DNA of 24,000 bases from Rikenellaceae bacterium (GTDB taxonomy: Bacteria > Bacteroidota > Bacteroidia > Bacteroidales > Rikenellaceae), in the NCBI GenBank assembly GCA_009783565.1, contig WRDF01000007.1:8882-32881 (forward strand), given 5' to 3'. The translations under genes and the position numbers were made by a program. Shown piece after piece: positions 1-8,306 of this stretch. The first letter of the stretch is position 1. The number at the start of each line of letters is the position of its first letter. The notes beneath the pieces were generated by a model. It made no database searches. It was not told the origin of the DNA and saw only the letters and a list, made by a program, of their open reading frames with translations.

Positions 1-207
1 CCACATTGTTCCGTCTTCGAAATCATCTGTTATTTTGCCGGCAGCATCGCGCTTCCTGAATGGTATCATATACGCGCTCAGCCTGTAATAGCTGACATTC
101 GACAGATGTCTGGCAGCGCGTGGCTCATCCACTATTTCAAGACCTCTTGATTTCAAAAGGTTTACCTGATCCTGAAACGTAAGTGCCGGCTTTTGAAATT
201 TCTTCAT
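1..207 (-). CDS. Abi-like abortive-infection protein (Pfam Abi_2, AbiD/AbiF type). Only the N-terminal 69 codons are present; the gene runs off the left edge.
   Basis: Not in the ORF track because the window truncates it. Minus-strand ATG at 207-205 opens MKKFQKPALTFQDQVNLLKSRGLEIVDEPRAARHLSNVSYYRLSAYMIPFRKRD... with no stop through position 1. The LLKSRGL ... SYYRLSxY pattern is the N-terminal signature I recall for Abi_2 proteins. Confidence 0.55.
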   Translation of the reverse strand, partial: MKKFQKPALTFQDQVNLLKSRGLEIVDEPRAARHLSNVSYYRLSAYMIPFRKRDAAGKITDDFEDGTMW

Positions 208-230
208 TTTGTAATTCTATTCTTAAAGCA

Positions 231-238
231 CAAATATA
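231..238 (-). promoter_or_regulatory. Bacteroidota -7 promoter box (TAnnTTTG) upstream of the Abi_2-like gene
   Basis: The plus strand reads caaatata, which is tatatttg on the minus strand, about 25 nt upstream of the ATG at 207. Confidence 0.35.
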
Positions 239-290
239 GTGAAATGAGACTGTTCTTCCCTGAAAAAACGTAATATCGACAGAATCTTAT

Positions 291-298
291 TATTTTTG
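291..298 (+). promoter_or_regulatory. Bacteroidota -7 promoter box (TAnnTTTG) upstream of the LysE-family gene
   Basis: tatttttg lies immediately upstream of the ATG at 303 and is divergent from the 231-238 box. The very short spacing implies a near-leaderless mRNA or a different true start. Confidence 0.3.
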
Positions 299-302
299 TA
301 GA

Positions 303-950
303 ATGCTTTTGTCGATCATATTGCGCGGATTTATTGTGGGACTGCTGGCTTCGATGCCGCCGGGGCCTGTGGGCGTGCTGTGTATCCAGCGCACGCTGAG
401 CAAAAACCAGCGGTCGGGGATGGCATCGGGGCTGGGAGCGGCAACGGCCGATGTGGTCTATGCGCTTATCGCATTTTTCTCGCTGGCGTTCATTCTCGAA
501 TTTATTGCACGCAACAGCCTGATAATAACTTCGGTAGGAGGTCTTATCGTCGTCGGTCTAGGTGTGAAGGTGTTGTTCTCGAATCCCGTGATCCAGATAC
601 GGCGCAATCGGGCGGGCAAGACCAACCTGTGGCATGATTTTCTGACGGTGTTTCTGGTGACAATCGCCAATCCGGTCTACATTTTCTTTTTTATCATACT
701 TTTCGCCGTTTTCGGACTTAACACCGGCTCGGTGGGTCTGTGGCAGAGTTCGTTTATGATCATCGGGGTGTTCCTGGGCGGTGCGGCCTGGTGGTTCTTA
801 TTGTCGTTTCTGGTGAACCTGTTCCGCAAGAAATTCCGCCCGCGTCACATGCTCTGGATCAACCGTATTTCGGCCGTGATAATTATTCTGTTCGGTCTGG
901 CGGCGATATTCTCCGAATTCCTTAATTTCCGTATCGATGGCCTGCTCTGA
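303..950 (+). CDS. LysE/RhtB-family amino-acid exporter (polytopic membrane protein)
   Basis: 215-aa ORF, hydrophobic throughout. The N-terminal GFIVGLLASMPPGPVGVLCIQRTL segment is typical of LysE-type translocators. Confidence 0.75.
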   Translation: MLLSIILRGFIVGLLASMPPGPVGVLCIQRTLSKNQRSGMASGLGAATADVVYALIAFFSLAFILEFIARNSLIITSVGGLIVVGLGVKVLFSNPVIQIRRNRAGKTNLWHDFLTVFLVTIANPVYIFFFIILFAVFGLNTGSVGLWQSSFMIIGVFLGGAAWWFLLSFLVNLFRKKFRPRHMLWINRISAVIIILFGLAAIFSEFLNFRIDGLL

Positions 951-1659
951 TAACACACGGTGCGACGGGCGCATAATCATTGCTATCGACGGCTTTTCGG
1001 GCAGCGGGAAGAGTTCTTTCGCACGCGCCATTGCCGAGCGTTTGGGATATATTTTCATCGATACGGGGGCGATGTACCGCGCCGTGACGCTGCGTGCGCT
1101 GGAAGCCGGAGCGATTAGCAAGGACAGGGTGGACGCCGAAAAATTGGAGCGGATACTCGACGGGATGAAACTCGAATTCCGCGTAGGCGAGAACGGCAAC
1201 TCGGAGCTTTATGTCGACGGGCGGCGCGCGGACGAGCGATTGCGGTCGATCGAGGTGAGCGATGCGGTGAGCCGCGTGGCGGCATTGCCTCAGGTACGCC
1301 GGCGGTTGGCCGCGATGCAGCAGGAGATGGGGCGCGTACGCAGCGTGGTGATGGACGGGCGCGACATCGGGACGACGGTCTTTCCCGACGCGGAGTTGAA
1401 GATATTCCTTACGGCCGACCCGGCGGTGAGGGCTGCACGGCGCTATAAGGAACTTCGCGCGGCGGGCGCAGATGTGTCTTTGGCCGAGATCGAGCGCAAT
1501 ATCCGCGAGCGCGACGCGGCCGACCAGCAGCGCGCTGTCTCGCCTCTGCGACGCGCTGCCGATGCCATAGTGCTCGACAACAGCCACATGACCCCGCAGG
1601 AGCAGATGGAGTGGGTATTAGAGCAATTACGCGCGCGCGGTTTCCAGCCTTCCGGATAA
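937..1659 (+). CDS. cmk: cytidylate kinase
   Basis: P-loop IAIDGFSGSGKSS followed by IDTGAMYRAVT and DGRDIGTTVFPDAELKIFLTA, the classic Cmk motifs. The start overlaps the upstream gene by 14 nt. Confidence 0.9.
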   Translation: MACSDNTRCDGRIIIAIDGFSGSGKSSFARAIAERLGYIFIDTGAMYRAVTLRALEAGAISKDRVDAEKLERILDGMKLEFRVGENGNSELYVDGRRADERLRSIEVSDAVSRVAALPQVRRRLAAMQQEMGRVRSVVMDGRDIGTTVFPDAELKIFLTADPAVRAARRYKELRAAGADVSLAEIERNIRERDAADQQRAVSPLRRAADAIVLDNSHMTPQEQMEWVLEQLRARGFQPSG

Positions 1660-1676
1660 TAGTTTATGTTAGGCAG

Positions 1677-2564
1677 ATGGAAATCGAGATCGACGATAAA
1701 TCGGGTTTTTGCTTCGGAGTGGTGAATGCCATCGGGCTGGCGGAGCGGTCACTTGCGGAGAACACATGCGTGGCGGCGCTCGGCGACATCGTACACAACC
1801 GGCTCGAAATGGAGCGGCTCGAAGGACTGGGGCTTAGCACGATAACGCACGCTCAGCTCGCCGGATTGCATGACGGAGCGGCAGTACTCATACGCGCTCA
1901 TGGCGAACCTCCGTCGACATACGCCATCGCCCGGCAGCATGACCTGCGTATCATCGACGCAACGTGTCCTGTGGTCGCGGCATTGCAGCGGGAAGTCGCG
2001 CAGGCCCACCGCCGCATGACCGACGAGGGTGGCCGGGTGGTGATTCTGGGGAAAAAGGGACATGCGGAAGTGGTCGGGCTTACGGGACAGGCGGCAGGAG
2101 GCGCACCGGTCGTTGTGGTCGAGAATGCAGAAGACCTTGCGGTGATAGATTTTGCACGGCCGATATATTTTCTGTCGCAAACCACGCAAGACCTCGCGCT
2201 TTTTGCGCAGATGAGCGATGAGATAATGCGTCGCGCCGAGCGGTCGGAAACGGTGACTGTACGCGATACCATTTGCCGCCGCGTTGCCAACCGCGAGCCG
2301 CACCTGCGCGCGTTCGCCGCACGACACGACGTCGTAGTATTCGTCAGCGGCCGCAAAAGTTCCAACGGCCGCGTGCTATACGAGGTCTGCCTGAGCGCAA
2401 ACCCGCGCAGTTACATGGTCGAAGACGAATCGGAACTGCCCGCGCAGTGGTTTGCCGGAGCGCGCACCGTCGGCGTATGCGGCGCGACATCCACACCGCG
2501 CTGGCTCATGGAACGCGTCGCACGCGCATGTGTTTTATTGGCTACCGCAAAAATTAGTGATTGA
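1677..2564 (+). CDS. ispH: 4-hydroxy-3-methylbut-2-enyl diphosphate reductase (MEP pathway)
   Basis: MEIEIDDKSGFCFGVVNAI, IVHNRLE, DATCPVV and GRKSSNG match the IspH/LytB Cys and His motifs. I place the start at the internal ATG 1677 rather than the ORF-track start 1611, which overlaps cmk. Confidence 0.9.
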   Translation: MEIEIDDKSGFCFGVVNAIGLAERSLAENTCVAALGDIVHNRLEMERLEGLGLSTITHAQLAGLHDGAAVLIRAHGEPPSTYAIARQHDLRIIDATCPVVAALQREVAQAHRRMTDEGGRVVILGKKGHAEVVGLTGQAAGGAPVVVVENAEDLAVIDFARPIYFLSQTTQDLALFAQMSDEIMRRAERSETVTVRDTICRRVANREPHLRAFAARHDVVVFVSGRKSSNGRVLYEVCLSANPRSYMVEDESELPAQWFAGARTVGVCGATSTPRWLMERVARACVLLATAKISD

Positions 2565-2595
2565 AACATCAGACAAAAGTAAACCACGCGCGCGT

Positions 2596-3372
2596 GTGAA
2601 AAAAATCGTAATAATAGGCAGTGGCAATGTGGCCGAAGCGCTGGTTCGCGGACTGTCGGGGGCGGGATGTCCGCCAGTGCAGGTGTGGGCGCGCGGTCGG
2701 ACGAAAGCGACCGACATTGCAAGGCTGTGCGGGTGCGCATTCGCGACCGAAGTGAAAGAGCTTGCGCCTGCCGATGTTTATATTATCGCCGTTACGGACA
2801 GGGCGATCAGGCAGGTCGCAGCCTCATTCAATTTTCCGCCGGATAGCGTTGTGGCGCATACGGCGGGGAGCGTCGGGATGGATGTTTTTCCGCCGCAAGT
2901 CAAGAACCGTGCGGTGCTGTATCCCGTTCAGACTTTCACGAAAGGGCGCACGGTAGATTTTTCTGAAACTCCGCTGTTAATCGAGGGAAGTTCGCAATAC
3001 GCGTTGCGGCAGGTGACAGAAGTGGCCCAGATGCTTTCGGACAAGGTGCGGCAGATGTCTTCCGAGCGGCGGATGATGGTTCACGCGGCGGCGGTCTTTG
3101 CATGCAATTTCGCGAATCATATGTACAGCGTGGGAGAGGAATTGACGCGGGAAGCCGGAGCGGATTTCGAGATTCTGAAACCGCTGATCGCCGAGACAGC
3201 GGGCAAGGCAGTGGCCGCACGCTCGCCGTGTGATGTGCAGACGGGACCGGCGGTGCGCAACGACTTCGAGACGCGCAGTCGCCACGTCGAGTTGCTTGCA
3301 CAGAAACCCTATCTGCAAAATATTTACATCAACATCAGTAAAAGTATATGGGAAACTTCAAAGAAGACATAG
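2596..3372 (+). CDS. Rossmann-fold NAD(P)-binding protein with a DUF2520-type C-terminal domain
   Basis: KKIVIIGSGNVAEAL is a GxGxxA dinucleotide-binding loop, and the C-terminal half resembles the DUF2520 proteins common in Bacteroidales. The start is uncertain. GTG 2596 is chosen because the ORF-track start 2452 would overlap ispH by 113 nt; GTG 2557 is an alternative. Confidence 0.6.
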   Translation: MKKIVIIGSGNVAEALVRGLSGAGCPPVQVWARGRTKATDIARLCGCAFATEVKELAPADVYIIAVTDRAIRQVAASFNFPPDSVVAHTAGSVGMDVFPPQVKNRAVLYPVQTFTKGRTVDFSETPLLIEGSSQYALRQVTEVAQMLSDKVRQMSSERRMMVHAAAVFACNFANHMYSVGEELTREAGADFEILKPLIAETAGKAVAARSPCDVQTGPAVRNDFETRSRHVELLAQKPYLQNIYINISKSIWETSKKT

Positions 3373-3884
3373 CTCAGGTCGAGGCGTTTGTTTTCGACGT
3401 GGACGGGGTGTTCACCGACGGCCACATCGGTGTGCTGCCTGCGGGTGATTTTCTGCGCCAATATAATGTCAAGGACGGTTTTGCGGTGATGTACGCCCTG
3501 CGCGCCGGATATAAGGTGGCGATCATCACGGGCGGTTACGGCGAGGCTTTGGAGATGCGTTTCCGGCAACTGAAAGTCACGGCATTCCACCACTCATGCC
3601 GCGATAAACTCTCACGACTGCGTGAGTTCATGTCCGAACATGCATTGCGTCCCGAACAGGTGCTCTATATGGGTGACGATCTGCCCGACCTCGAATGTCT
3701 GCGGCATGTCGGGATGCCCGTAGCCCCTGCCGATGCCGTGCCGGAAGTTTTGAACGCCAGCCGTTATGTATCGCAATTCGGCGGCGGCGAAGGCTGCGTG
3801 CGCGACATTATAGAACAAGTACTGCGCGCGCGCGGCGATTGGGCGCAGGGAGATTTGGGGTTGACCAGCGCACCACAGAATTAA
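3348..3884 (+). CDS. kdsC: 3-deoxy-D-manno-octulosonate 8-phosphate phosphatase (HAD-IIIA, YrbI family)
   Basis: HAD motif I FVFDVDGVFTDG, plus NVKDG and MGDDLPDL motifs. The size of 178 aa fits KdsC. Confidence 0.8.
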   Translation: MGNFKEDIAQVEAFVFDVDGVFTDGHIGVLPAGDFLRQYNVKDGFAVMYALRAGYKVAIITGGYGEALEMRFRQLKVTAFHHSCRDKLSRLREFMSEHALRPEQVLYMGDDLPDLECLRHVGMPVAPADAVPEVLNASRYVSQFGGGEGCVRDIIEQVLRARGDWAQGDLGLTSAPQN

Positions 3885-3893
3885 TATAGAGTC

Positions 3894-4742
3894 ATGGAAT
3901 ATAAAAGCAGATTGAAAGAGTTCGGGACGTGCTCGGCCATAGACGCGATAGTACGCGAAGCGGAGCAGCGGGCGGCGGACGGCAGTGAGCAGCTGTATCG
4001 GCAACTCATGGAGTGTCTCGATGTGACATGGCTTGGGGCGACGTGGGACGAATCGCAGATTTCGGAACGCACGAAGCAGCTGATCGATCGTCATGCCGCC
4101 TGCGGATTGCCGCCCGTTGCATCGGTGTGCGTTCATCCCAATTTCGTCGAAACGGTGGGGTTGGCGGCGGGCGATACGGGGTTGAGAATCACGAGCGTGG
4201 GCGGAGGATTTCCCGACGGGCAGACTTTTCTCGAAGTTAAGATGCTGGAAGTGGCGATGGCTGTCGAGAACGGCGCGGACGAGGTCGATGTGGTGATGAC
4301 ACCGGGATTGATCCTCGCCGGACGGTACGACGAAGCGGCGAGCGAAATAGAGACCCTCCGCTCGGAGATAGGCGAAGACGTGACGTTGAAAGTTATTATC
4401 GAGTCGGGCGCGCTCGGCTCGCCGGAGCTTATCCGCAATGCCTCGCTGCTGTCGATGATGGCGGGGGCGGACTTCGTGAAAAGTTCGACCGGCCGCGACC
4501 CGTCGGGCGGCATAACACCGGAAGCAGCGGCGGTAATATGCTGTGCCATACGCGATTATGCTGCGGCGACGGACCACTGCGTGGGGTTCAAAGCGTCGGG
4601 CGGCATACGAACGCTGCAGAACGCTGCTATGATGTGCGCGATCGTCGAGTCTGTGCTTGGCCGCGAATGGCTTACGCCTGCACTTTTCCGCATTGGCGCG
4701 AGCGCACTTTATGACGGCCTTCTATCGCATTTTCGGCAATAA
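3894..4742 (+). CDS. deoC: deoxyribose-phosphate aldolase (long DeoC form)
   Basis: DFVKSSTG (Schiff-base lysine region) and GFKASGGIRT motifs. GADEVDVV is typical of the class I aldolase DeoC. Confidence 0.8.
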   Translation: MEYKSRLKEFGTCSAIDAIVREAEQRAADGSEQLYRQLMECLDVTWLGATWDESQISERTKQLIDRHAACGLPPVASVCVHPNFVETVGLAAGDTGLRITSVGGGFPDGQTFLEVKMLEVAMAVENGADEVDVVMTPGLILAGRYDEAASEIETLRSEIGEDVTLKVIIESGALGSPELIRNASLLSMMAGADFVKSSTGRDPSGGITPEAAAVICCAIRDYAAATDHCVGFKASGGIRTLQNAAMMCAIVESVLGREWLTPALFRIGASALYDGLLSHFRQ

Positions 4743-4802
4743 AATTGTCAGCCCGAGCGAGCGCGAAGCGTGACGAGGCGTACGCGTGTGTTTTCCGGAC
4801 TT

Positions 4803-4900
4803 TGTCATTCCGAACGAACGTGAGGAATCTATCGTTAGTTTATAATTTCAAAGGGAGACTAGCGATAGATTCCTCCACACTTCGTGTGTTCGGAATGACA
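4803..4900. repeat. 98-bp imperfect palindrome (REP-like intergenic element, possible bidirectional terminator) between deoC and dxs
   Basis: tgtcattccgaac (4803-4815) pairs with gttcggaatgaca (4888-4900). gaggaatctatcg (4822-4834) pairs with cgatagattcctc (4863-4875). The cattccgaa...gaggaatc motif resembles a dispersed intergenic repeat I recall from Bacteroidota genomes. Confidence 0.7.
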
Positions 4901-4923
4901 GATACAAAGTAGAATTAATAAAA

Positions 4924-6828
4924 ATGACTGACACTAGATATAAATATCTCGACCGGATAGACTCTCCGGATGACCTGAAAAAACTCGGCGTGGACGAACT
5001 TCCGGCATACTGCGCGGAGTTGCGGCAGTTTATTGTCGGACAGCTGGCAACGAATCCGGGCCATCTGGGAGCGAGCCTCGGGGCGGTGGAACTGGCGGCG
5101 GCATTGCATTACGCCTATGACACGCCGCACGACAAGCTGGTGTGGGATGTGGGGCATCAGGCCTATCCGCACAAGATCATCACGGGGCGCAAGGGACGGT
5201 TTGCGACCAACCGTAAATTGCACGGTATCAGCGGTTTTCCGCGTATGGCGGAGAGCGAATACGACGCCTTTGGCGGCGGTCATGCATCGGTATCGATTTC
5301 GGCGGCACTGGGAATGGCGATAGCGGGCGAATTACGGGGCGAGCCGCGACGGGCGGTGGCTGTGATCGGCGACGGCTCGATGACAGGCGGATTGGCGTTC
5401 GAGGGGCTTAACAACGCGGGCGCTACGGCGGCAGACCTGCTGGTGGTGCTGAACGATAATAACATGTCGATAGACCAAAGCGTGGGCGCGATGAAAGGTG
5501 CGCTGCTGAAAATGCGGCTCTCGCGGCGTTATAACAAATTCAAGCGGCAGGCGTGGTCGGCGCTCGAATCTGTCCCGGCGCTGCGGCGTTTCGTGCAGAG
5601 GTCGAGCAGTGCGCTGAGGCACAGTCTTTTACAGGAGAACAACATTTTCGAAAACCTCGGATTTCGTTATTTCGGGCCGGTGGACGGGCATGATGTGGCG
5701 CAGCTCGTGCGGATTTTTGAACATCTGCGCGAGATACCAGGCCCGAAACTGTTGCACGTGGTCACGGTAAAAGGTAAAGGCTATGCGCCGGCCGAGAGCG
5801 ACCAGAGCGTGTGGCACGCGCCCGGAACGTTCGACCCTGACACGGGGGAGCGCGATGGCGGTAGTGTTTCGACGGTGGCGGCAGACAAGTGCAATTCGCA
5901 ACCGCCTTTGTATCAGGATGTATTCGGGCATACGCTGCTCGAGCTTGCGCGCCGTGATTCGCGCATCGTGGGCATCACGCCCGCGATGCCTACGGGGTGT
6001 TCACTCAATATAATGATGGAACAGATGCCCGAACGGACTTTCGACGTGGGGATTGCGGAGGGACACGCCGTGACGTTCGCGGCGGGAATGGCGGCGGCGG
6101 GAATGATGCCGTTCTGCAACATCTACTCGTCGTTCATGCAGCGCGCCTACGACAATGTGATCCACGACGTGGCGCTGCAACGGCTCGGCGTAGTGTTCTG
6201 CCTCGACCGTGCCGGACTGGTCGGCGAAGACGGCGCGACACACCACGGTGCGTTCGACATAGCCTACTTCCGCCCGATTCCCGACGTGGTGATCGCCTCG
6301 CCGCTGAACGAAGCGGAGCTGCGCGCGCTGATGTTCACGGCCTCGCAGGCGGAGCGGCCGTTTGTCATCCGTTATCCGCGCGGACGGGGCGAGGGCGTTG
6401 CTTGGGACGGAGAATTGGGGGCTGTCGAGATAGGGCGAGGGCGCATTTTGCGCGAAGGCGAAGATGTGGCGGTGCTGTCGTTCGGGCCTTTGGGTAACGC
6501 GGCGGCACGTGCTGCCGAATGCGCCGCCGAGCGCGGCGTATCGGTTTTTCATGCCGACCTGCGTTTTGCAAAGCCTCTCGACGCGGAACTGCTTCACGAT
6601 GTGGGGCGGCGTTTCCGACATGTGGTAACGATAGAGGACGGCGTGGTTACGGGTGGTATCGGAAGCGGGGTGCAGGAGTTCTTCACCGCGCATGGCTACG
6701 ACATCCGCGTGGTGCGTTTAGGCCTGCCCGATGCTTTTATCGAGCACGGCACTCAATCCGAACTGCGTGCCTTGTGCGGTCTTGACGAGGAGGGAATTCT
6801 GAAGACTATTCTCGATGCGGGGAAATAA
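4924..6828 (+). CDS. dxs: 1-deoxy-D-xylulose-5-phosphate synthase (MEP pathway)
   Basis: 634-aa ORF with GHLGASLG, GHQAYPHKIITGR, the GDGSMTGG thiamine-diphosphate motif, and the DRAGLVGEDGATHHG region. Confidence 0.95.
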   Translation: MTDTRYKYLDRIDSPDDLKKLGVDELPAYCAELRQFIVGQLATNPGHLGASLGAVELAAALHYAYDTPHDKLVWDVGHQAYPHKIITGRKGRFATNRKLHGISGFPRMAESEYDAFGGGHASVSISAALGMAIAGELRGEPRRAVAVIGDGSMTGGLAFEGLNNAGATAADLLVVLNDNNMSIDQSVGAMKGALLKMRLSRRYNKFKRQAWSALESVPALRRFVQRSSSALRHSLLQENNIFENLGFRYFGPVDGHDVAQLVRIFEHLREIPGPKLLHVVTVKGKGYAPAESDQSVWHAPGTFDPDTGERDGGSVSTVAADKCNSQPPLYQDVFGHTLLELARRDSRIVGITPAMPTGCSLNIMMEQMPERTFDVGIAEGHAVTFAAGMAAAGMMPFCNIYSSFMQRAYDNVIHDVALQRLGVVFCLDRAGLVGEDGATHHGAFDIAYFRPIPDVVIASPLNEAELRALMFTASQAERPFVIRYPRGRGEGVAWDGELGAVEIGRGRILREGEDVAVLSFGPLGNAAARAAECAAERGVSVFHADLRFAKPLDAELLHDVGRRFRHVVTIEDGVVTGGIGSGVQEFFTAHGYDIRVVRLGLPDAFIEHGTQSELRALCGLDEEGILKTILDAGK

Positions 6829-7156
6829 AATCACTATATTTGTACGCGAACCAATTTGTTTTTGCCTATGATAAGACTGTAAAGATCATTTGAACTACAC
6901 GTGCTACGGGATCATTGCACCCGTGTACGAAATACATAAAAAGCGTTAGCTTTTATTCTTGCTTCTGAAACTTCGACATTTCAAAGCTGACAAGAGTAAA
7001 GCGTAAACGCTCACGCGCTAGCGTGGGCTTTACTCTTTCTATTTGTCAGCAAGGTTGTCGAAGACCTCAGAAGCAGATAAAAGGTACTGTCCCACGTTTT
7101 TTATGTTCCTGTATAAACGTTTTAACCCACGGGGCAGGGGAAACAGGAATATCAAA

Positions 7157-7621
7157 ATGAAGAAACTGACTTTTCTACTCTTAATCGCCGCAACCGTGAC
7201 CGCGACCGGTTGCGCCACCATCATCGGCGGAAGCAAACATGCCGTCAGATTCGAAAGCGAACCAAGTAGTGCTACTGTCTACGACAACGGCATCAAACTG
7301 GGCGAAACCCCTTTACAGGCTCGTTTGACGCGAGGAGATAATCACGATATTACCATCAGGCTGGATGGCTTCAAGCCCTACAATCTGCGACTGACAAGAC
7401 AGTTCAATGAATGGGCTATCGGAAATATCGTGTTTGGCGGGTTTATCGGTATCGCAATCGATGCGATTACCGGCGGCTTATACAAACTGAATCCCGAACA
7501 GGTTTCCAATTTCGACACGACGATGGCGCACAGAAGATCCGGCAACAATATCTACATAAGTGTGACGCTAAGCCCAGATCCGAACTGGCAACGTATCGGC
7601 ACGATGGAAGCAACCAATTAA
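7157..7621 (+). CDS. PEGA-domain lipoprotein
   Basis: MKKLTFLLLIAATVTATGC is a lipoprotein signal with a lipobox Cys. It is followed by a PEGA-like beta domain (SATVYDNGIKLGETPL ... ITIRLDGFKPY). The start is moved to ATG 7157, residue 39 of the track ORF. Confidence 0.6.
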   Translation: MKKLTFLLLIAATVTATGCATIIGGSKHAVRFESEPSSATVYDNGIKLGETPLQARLTRGDNHDITIRLDGFKPYNLRLTRQFNEWAIGNIVFGGFIGIAIDAITGGLYKLNPEQVSNFDTTMAHRRSGNNIYISVTLSPDPNWQRIGTMEATN

Positions 7622-7636
7622 ACTTGCGTTCACTAT

Positions 7637-7685
7637 AATAATATCGCTACCGAACGTATGTTCGGTAGCGATATTATTTTTATCT
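7637..7685 (+). terminator. rho-independent terminator after the lipoprotein gene
   Basis: Perfect 19-bp stem aataatatcgctaccgaac (7637-7655) / gttcggtagcgatattatt (7660-7678) with loop gtat, followed by a T-run. Confidence 0.75.
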
Positions 7686-7702
7686 TTGCACTCGTACTTT
7701 TG
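7681..7702 (+). promoter_or_regulatory. two TAnnTTTG -7 boxes upstream of the tRNA
   Basis: tatctttg (7681-7688) and tacttttg (7695-7702). The second lies 12 nt upstream of the mature tRNA 5' end. Confidence 0.4.
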
Positions 7703-7713
7703 CACCGAAACCT

Positions 7714-7786
7714 GCGGAAATAGCTCAGTCGGTAGAGCATCAGCTTCCCAAGCTGAGGGTCGCGAGTTCGAGCCTCGTTTTCCGCT
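7714..7786 (+). tRNA. tRNA-Gly (anticodon CCC)
   Basis: Hand-folded cloverleaf. Acceptor GCGGAAA/TTTCCGC, D arm GCTC..GAGC, anticodon stem TCAGC/GCTGA with loop TTCCCAA (anticodon CCC), T arm GCGAG-TTCGAGC-CTCGT, discriminator T. No encoded CCA. Confidence 0.85.
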
Positions 7787-7795
7787 CGAAAACAG

Positions 7796-7826
7796 GAGGT
7801 CTGAGAAATTAGACCTCTTTTCTTTT
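7796..7826 (+). terminator. rho-independent terminator after the tRNA
   Basis: gaggtct (7796-7802) / agacctc (7811-7817), 8-nt loop, then ttttctttt. Confidence 0.7.
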
Positions 7827-8268
7827 GCTTATCAGCGACTTACGGAGGCCTTTGCGGTAATCAGAATTTTGCAGGTAACGATTTAGCGAAAGTGCGCTTT
7901 CATTGGTTTGCTTTGTCTTTCTTGACGATTGACTCTATGACAAAGATAATCATTATTGCTTTCAAGTCCTCAAATTAAATAAAAAAGTTGATGTTGCCGA
8001 ACTGCCCCCATTGTTCGTTGGTAGCGGACTCGCAATACTGGAAAAGTAAACCCGCAAGGTTTTCGCAGAAACCAACGCGAAAGCAACGGCCACGACCTTG
8101 TGGATTTAGCTTTTACATCGATACCTTTGCGAACAACGTGCGATGTGGTATTTACATTTCATAGCAGACGTACTGATATGTGAGGTACAAGCTACTTCAT
8201 ATGGTCGTACAACCGGATACTCACTAATGACGACTTACCTAAGTTTTATAAGTTATTCCAAAAAATCT

Positions 8269-8276
8269 TATCTTTG
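8269..8276 (+). promoter_or_regulatory. TAnnTTTG -7 box upstream of the HerA-like gene
   Basis: tatctttg lies 31 nt upstream of ATG 8307. It covers the TTG (8274) that the ORF track used as a start, which favours ATG 8307 as the true start. Confidence 0.4.
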
Positions 8277-8306
8277 TGGCAATTTAATCTGCCGGCCTCG
8301 CAAAAT

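Noticed and set aside
2452-2595. ATG 2452 as the start of the DUF2520-type gene
   Set aside because: It would overlap ispH by 113 nt and add a non-conserved, Arg/His-rich leader ahead of the GxGxxA Rossmann loop, which normally sits at the extreme N-terminus.
922-6693. Long antisense or alternative-frame ORFs inside the GC-rich housekeeping genes (for example 922-1587 minus, 1749-2327 minus, 3612-4577 minus, 4133-4549 minus, 6001-6693 minus, 5997-6497 plus)
   Set aside because: They overlap genes with unmistakable family motifs (cmk, ispH, deoC, dxs). Their translations are Arg/Pro/Ala-rich and low in complexity, as expected for shadow ORFs in GC-rich DNA.
6994-7036. Hairpin agagtaaagc...gctttactct downstream of dxs as a small RNA or riboswitch
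   Set aside because: It is a simple stem-loop about 170 nt after dxs and ahead of the lipoprotein gene. It is most simply read as a terminator or REP-like element, and nothing suggests a ligand-binding fold.
8274-8306. TTG 8274 as the start of the HerA-like gene, as in the ORF track
   Set aside because: The TTG lies within the TAtcTTTG -7 box (8269-8276). ATG 8307 (MKKKLRLNF...) gives a normal N-terminus for a membrane protein.
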